Shown: in pieces, positions 59,975-64,000 of the stretch
Layout of the letters: every line of letters starts with the position of its first letter
Numbering within the stretch: the stretch's first letter is position 1
Translations under genes and position numbers: made by a program
Origin: an uncultured Methanomicrobiales archaeon
GTDB lineage: Archaea; Halobacteriota; Methanomicrobia; Methanomicrobiales; Methanospirillaceae
Reading direction: 5' to 3'
Assembly: GCA_963697895.1 (NCBI GenBank)
Contig: OY969100.1
Coordinates: 1 to 64,000, forward strand
Length of the DNA stretch: 64,000 bases
Notes under the pieces: generated by a model
What the model saw: only the letters and a program-made list of their open reading frames with translations
What the model was told of the DNA's origin: nothing
The model's database searches: none

Positions 59975-60757
59975 ATGTCGATTCCTGCCTCAGTGGATAA
60001 AGACAAGCTCACCGTGCTCCTGGTAGATGACGAACCGGAAGTGCTCGAGGTTACCCGGCGGTTCCTCGAGGAGGAAGGGGGTATGGCGGTCACGACCGCA
60101 GGTTCCGCGGAAGAGGCCCTCTCGCTCATCCCCAATCGCTGGTTCGACGCGATCGTCTCCGATTACCGGATGAAGGAGATCAACGGGATCGAACTGTTAA
60201 AAGAGGTCCGGAAGGGGCTCTCGGGGGGCGCCGCCTGCCCGGTGCACGACCCGGCTTTCATCATCTTCACCGGGAGGGGAAACGAGGATACGGTGGTCGA
60301 GGCGATGAACCACGGGGCCGACCGCTATCTCCGGAAGGGATCTCACGATGCGCTCGCAAACGTGAGATCGGCGGTCGTAGACGCGGTGCGGAGGAGGGGC
60401 CGCTGCCGGAAGGTTATGACTCCGGAAGGAGCGGCAGGGCCGGACGATCTCCTGATAACGCGCCTTTCGGCGGGGCGTGAAGGTGCCATCATCCTCTCCC
60501 CCACCGGGACGGTTCTCTTTATGAACGATGCGGCCGCGGCCACCCTCGACCTCCCTTCACCGGGGTCCCGGATCGGCCGCCCGATCCGCGACCTGATCCC
60601 GGATGCCGGGTACGATATCGAGGTCCTGAAGCGGGTGCCGACCGGGCTGATCGCGGATTACCGCATCCCCGGGGATTCCCGGCGGAAAAAGGCGACTGTC
60701 CGCCTCACCTGGACCACGTTCCGGCAGGACGCGGTCCTCCTCGAGTTCCTCCCCTGA
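59975..60757 (+). CDS. Response regulator receiver with C-terminal PAS-like domain, paralog A
   Basis: VLLVDDE, IVSDY, FTG and YLRKG receiver motifs. C-terminal G.VLFMNDAA PAS pattern. Confidence 0.85.
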   Translation: MSIPASVDKDKLTVLLVDDEPEVLEVTRRFLEEEGGMAVTTAGSAEEALSLIPNRWFDAIVSDYRMKEINGIELLKEVRKGLSGGAACPVHDPAFIIFTGRGNEDTVVEAMNHGADRYLRKGSHDALANVRSAVVDAVRRRGRCRKVMTPEGAAGPDDLLITRLSAGREGAIILSPTGTVLFMNDAAAATLDLPSPGSRIGRPIRDLIPDAGYDIEVLKRVPTGLIADYRIPGDSRRKKATVRLTWTTFRQDAVLLEFLP

Positions 60758-60842
60758 CCGGGAATTCCGCCTTCGATCGATCCAGGGTCGATGATACCCC
60801 TGACCGGGAATTCCGCCTTCGATCGATCCAGGGTCGATGATA
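60751..60842. repeat. Perfect 46-bp tandem duplication spanning the stop codon of regulator A
   Basis: CCCCTGACCGGGAATTCCGCCTTCGATCGATCCAGGGTCGATGATA occurs twice. Confidence 0.92.
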
Positions 60843-60952
60843 CCCCCGATCAGAGACATTTTCGCCGCCGTGAATAGATCAGAATTTATCCTCCGCAGTA
60901 TACATCTCCCTTACCGGGCAGCGACGCCTGGAGTCGGGGTAGGGGGACCTCC

Positions 60953-61897
60953 ATGCTTTCTGTGCTTCTTGTCGATGACGAACCGAGTGTGCTCGAGGTG
61001 ACCCGCCGGTACCTCGAACAGGAAGGGGAGATGACGGTCACGACCGCGGCCTCCGCGGAAGAGGCGCTTCGTCTCATCCCGCGTGAACGGTTCGATGCGA
61101 TCGTGGCAGATTACCAGTTGAACACGGTCACGGGGATCGATCTGTTAAAGGCGGTCCGCGGCGTGCCGGAGGGCACCGGGTCGATCGGATATGACCCGGC
61201 ATTCATCCTCCTCACCGGAAAGAGCCGGGAGAAGGTCGCGATCGATGCCCTGAACTATGGTGCCGATTATTACCTCCGGAAGGGGAGGAAGACCGGGGAG
61301 ATGCTCGCGACCCTGAAGGTGGCGATCTATTACGGCGTACAAAAGCGCCACGCTCTCCGGGGTTCTCTTCCATTGGCCCGTTCATCAGGCGAAGGGATCC
61401 ATGCGGCGGCTTCCGCATCCGGCGAACGCGTGCAGTCACCTGCCACCTCGCCCCCCGGAGGTATGCAAACGGTTCAGCTCCTCTCCTCGTGGGAATCCGC
61501 ATCTTTGGGGAATGGAGCAAAGGCAGCAAATTCCGAAACAGACGCAACACCGGCATCCCACACCGATCCGGACACGGCGCTCATCAGCCGGCTGACACAG
61601 AGAAGGGACGGATCGATCATCGTCTCCCCCCTGGGGAGTATTCTCTTTATCCATCCTGTTGCCGCCCCGCTCCTCGGGCTGGATTCCCCGGAGGCCGGGA
61701 TCGGGCGGCAGATCGGTGACCTGATCCCGGACGCTGTTTACGATCTCGTCCTCCTCAAGCGCCTTTCGATAGGGATCATCTCGAATTACCGTCTCCCGCA
61801 GAGCAGATCCCGGAAGGAGGCAACGATCACCCTCTCAAGGATCACGTTCGGGAAGGAAGAGGCGGCCCTCATCGAATTCCATCCGGACCAGAGATAG
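60953..61897 (+). CDS. Response regulator receiver with PAS-like domain, paralog B
   Basis: Clear paralog of 59975..60757 with a longer Ser/Ala/Pro linker. Confidence 0.85.
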   Translation: MLSVLLVDDEPSVLEVTRRYLEQEGEMTVTTAASAEEALRLIPRERFDAIVADYQLNTVTGIDLLKAVRGVPEGTGSIGYDPAFILLTGKSREKVAIDALNYGADYYLRKGRKTGEMLATLKVAIYYGVQKRHALRGSLPLARSSGEGIHAAASASGERVQSPATSPPGGMQTVQLLSSWESASLGNGAKAANSETDATPASHTDPDTALISRLTQRRDGSIIVSPLGSILFIHPVAAPLLGLDSPEAGIGRQIGDLIPDAVYDLVLLKRLSIGIISNYRLPQSRSRKEATITLSRITFGKEEAALIEFHPDQR

Positions 61898-61976
61898 GAT
61901 GCAATTAACCCTACCGGAGCTGGGTTCGGATAGTCCCCATAGAACCGGTGGCGGTCGGGGATTCTTTACCAGCCCA

Positions 61977-62036
61977 GAGATATGGTTCGGATAGTTCCTG
62001 CCGGCCCGGAGAGATATGGTTCGGATAGTTCCTGCC
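61977..62036. repeat. Short direct repeat (two copies, ~34-bp period)
   Basis: AGAGATATGGTTCGGATAGTTCCTGCCG twice, with a partial third copy at ~61923. Confidence 0.8.
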
Positions 62037-62176
62037 GACCAGAGAGAGGGTCCGGGTAATTCCGTCTGTACTTTCTCTCTTTTCCTCTTCGGATCCGGGT
62101 TTTGAGAACACCGGCATCCTTCCCTTTCGGGCAAAGATTTTTCCCTGTCATCGCCGATACTGCCACAGGTGCCCGG

Positions 62177-62620
62177 ATGGAGGATCTGGAAGAGGTAAAG
62201 GCCGCAAGCCCGGCCGGGAAGAAGATGCACATCAGTACGCCGGGGATCTGGCGGGACCGTATCGCCGCGATTCTCATGGTCGCTGCCGCGGCGGTCGCCC
62301 TGGGAGCGTTCGTGATGATCATCCTCGGCGAAGCGATCACCGATCCTGCACTGCAGGTGACGGCGCTCTGGCAGGCGCTCACCTATATCGTCCTCGCCGG
62401 CCTCTTCCTGCTCCTCGCCAATGCCCCCCGGGCATATCCGGGGGTCTGGGAGTTATCGATCTTCCTGAATGTCGCGATGGCGGTGGGGGCGTTCGTGCTG
62501 ACGAATGCGGCCGGAGCAGAGGCGGTCTTCTGGATAGAAGGGACGATCGCGCTCCTTATCATCATCTCGTACGTGCTATCGAACGGAGACCGTGCCTGGG
62601 GAAGGTTCCGGCACCTCTGA
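62177..62620 (+). CDS. Hypothetical four-TM membrane protein
   Basis: Four hydrophobic segments and a PRAYPGVWEL motif. Start uncertain. Confidence 0.7.
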   Translation: MEDLEEVKAASPAGKKMHISTPGIWRDRIAAILMVAAAAVALGAFVMIILGEAITDPALQVTALWQALTYIVLAGLFLLLANAPRAYPGVWELSIFLNVAMAVGAFVLTNAAGAEAVFWIEGTIALLIIISYVLSNGDRAWGRFRHL

Positions 62621-62729
62621 ACCGTGGGATCGGATCTTCCTCTTTGACGGCATTATACCGGAAGAGAAATTGAGAATACCGGCAGGACGAGGAACGTCAG
62701 CTCGACGGATTTGAGGGGAAGAGATCACC

Positions 62730-63670
62730 ATGCGGTACATCGTAACGGGCGGGGCCGGCTTCATCGGCTCCCACATCGCTGAAGCGCTCGCGAAAAGAGG
62801 GGACGAGGTGCTGATCCTCGACGATCTCTCATCCGGGAGGAAAGAATATATCGCACCCCTCCTCGACCGGGATTCCGTATCGTTCGTCGAAGCAAGCATC
62901 CTCGACCTGGACGAGCTCCTCGAATCCTTCCGGGGGGCGGACGGGGTCTTTCACGAGGCGGCGTTCGTCTCCGTCCCGAAGTCGATCGAGCACCCGGTCC
63001 ACAACCATGACGTGAACGTCACCGGAACGTTAAACGTCCTCCTCGCTTCCCGGGACACCGGGGTGAAAAAAGCGGTCCTCGCATCTTCTGCGGCGGTCTA
63101 CGGGAACAGCCCCGACTCCCGAAACGGGAGGAGATGGCGCCCGACCCGCTCTCCCCGTATGCGGCGGCGAAGCTGGTGGACGAGTATTATGCCCGGATAT
63201 TTTCCCTGCTCTACGGGGTGGAGACGGTCTGCCTCCGGTACTTCAATGTCTATGGCCCCCGGCAGGATCCCACGTCCGAGTACGCCGCGGTAATTCCCCG
63301 GTTCATCTTCCGGCTCGCGGGAGGGGAGCCTCCGGTCATTTTCGGGGACGGCACCCAGACGAGGGACTTCGTCTTTGTCACCGATATAGTGGACGCGAAC
63401 CTCCGGGCGATGGGGAGCACGGCGACGGGCGTATTCAATATCGCATCGGGAACCGGGACGAGCATCAATACGCTGGCCGGTACCCTCATGGACCTTCTCG
63501 GGGTACCGGGTGCGCCGGAGTACCAGCCGGCCCGGGAAGGGGAGGTGCACCGTTCCGTGGCAGATATTTCGAAGGCCCGCGATGCGTTCGGGTTCACCCC
63601 GGGATACCCGCTCGAACGGGGGCTGAAAGAGACGGTGGACTGGTTTAAACGCCAGCCCGCGCCGATCTGA
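62730..63670 (+). CDS. NAD-dependent sugar epimerase (GalE/WbpP-like), frameshifted near 63110-63118
   Basis: TGGAGFIGS and ASSAAVYG in the first frame. SPYAAAK (YxxxK), RYFNVYGPRQ and RDFVFV in the second frame. Confidence 0.88.
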
Positions 63671-64000
63671 CATCGCGGGGAATAAAGACGGTAGCCTGGA
63701 TGATCCTGGCGATCGAAAACCTATTGATCTTTTTTTTATCAGGCTGCACGATCGGACCATACCCTGCCAGAGTAACCGTTGACCTTTTCCGGTAACCGCC
63801 TGCGGATCTGACATTCCGCCCGGTGTTCTCTCCCGTAGGGATGCGGCCGGAATCTCCTTTTCCTTTATATTCATCAGCCTGATGAATCCGAACCGCCGTG
63901 ATAAATAAGTGGGTCTGTGTTGAAGAGTCAGGTGAAGGTGGCAGGTGAACGGGTAGGGGGATACCTTCCCCTTCACGATCATTGATACTCCGGATCAGAT

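Overview
The window is archaeal chromosomal DNA, most likely from a methanogen of the order Methanomicrobiales (Methanolinea/Methanoregula-like). This is inferred from EF-1alpha, CetZ, archaeal CobZ/CobT, split GMP synthase subunit A, an HPS-RraA fusion and a stand-alone Cas1. Positions 1-28 kb are mostly housekeeping: a glycosylation cluster, cetZ, rpsJ/tuf, cob genes, redox genes, two paaK-like ligases, solo cas1, glmM and mobB. A ~135-nt structured RNA candidate lies at 5381-5515. Positions 28-35 kb form a gene-poor, AT-richer locus centred on a Xer-type tyrosine recombinase. It holds an 11-6-11 dif-like inverted repeat, a divergent HNH/Zn-finger ORF, several spacer-less tandem arrays (27, 88 and 60 bp) and nine TTAAC-N3-GTTAA palindromes phased about every 100 bp. 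Positions 38-57.7 kb hold four tandem ~4.9-kb units. Each has its own promoter, a conserved structured 5' leader with compensatory-looking changes and an alternative fold, a ~1520-aa secreted Ala/Ser/Gly/Asp/Thr-rich repeat protein with a shared C-terminal motif, and a terminator. The four copies are sequence mosaics of one another. The right end has ilvA, a CBS protein, two paralogous response regulators and a sugar epimerase. Four conserved genes carry single-base frameshifts, most in G runs and probably sequencing errors. No CRISPR array, tRNA or rRNA was seen. All family calls come from motif recognition; no searches were run.
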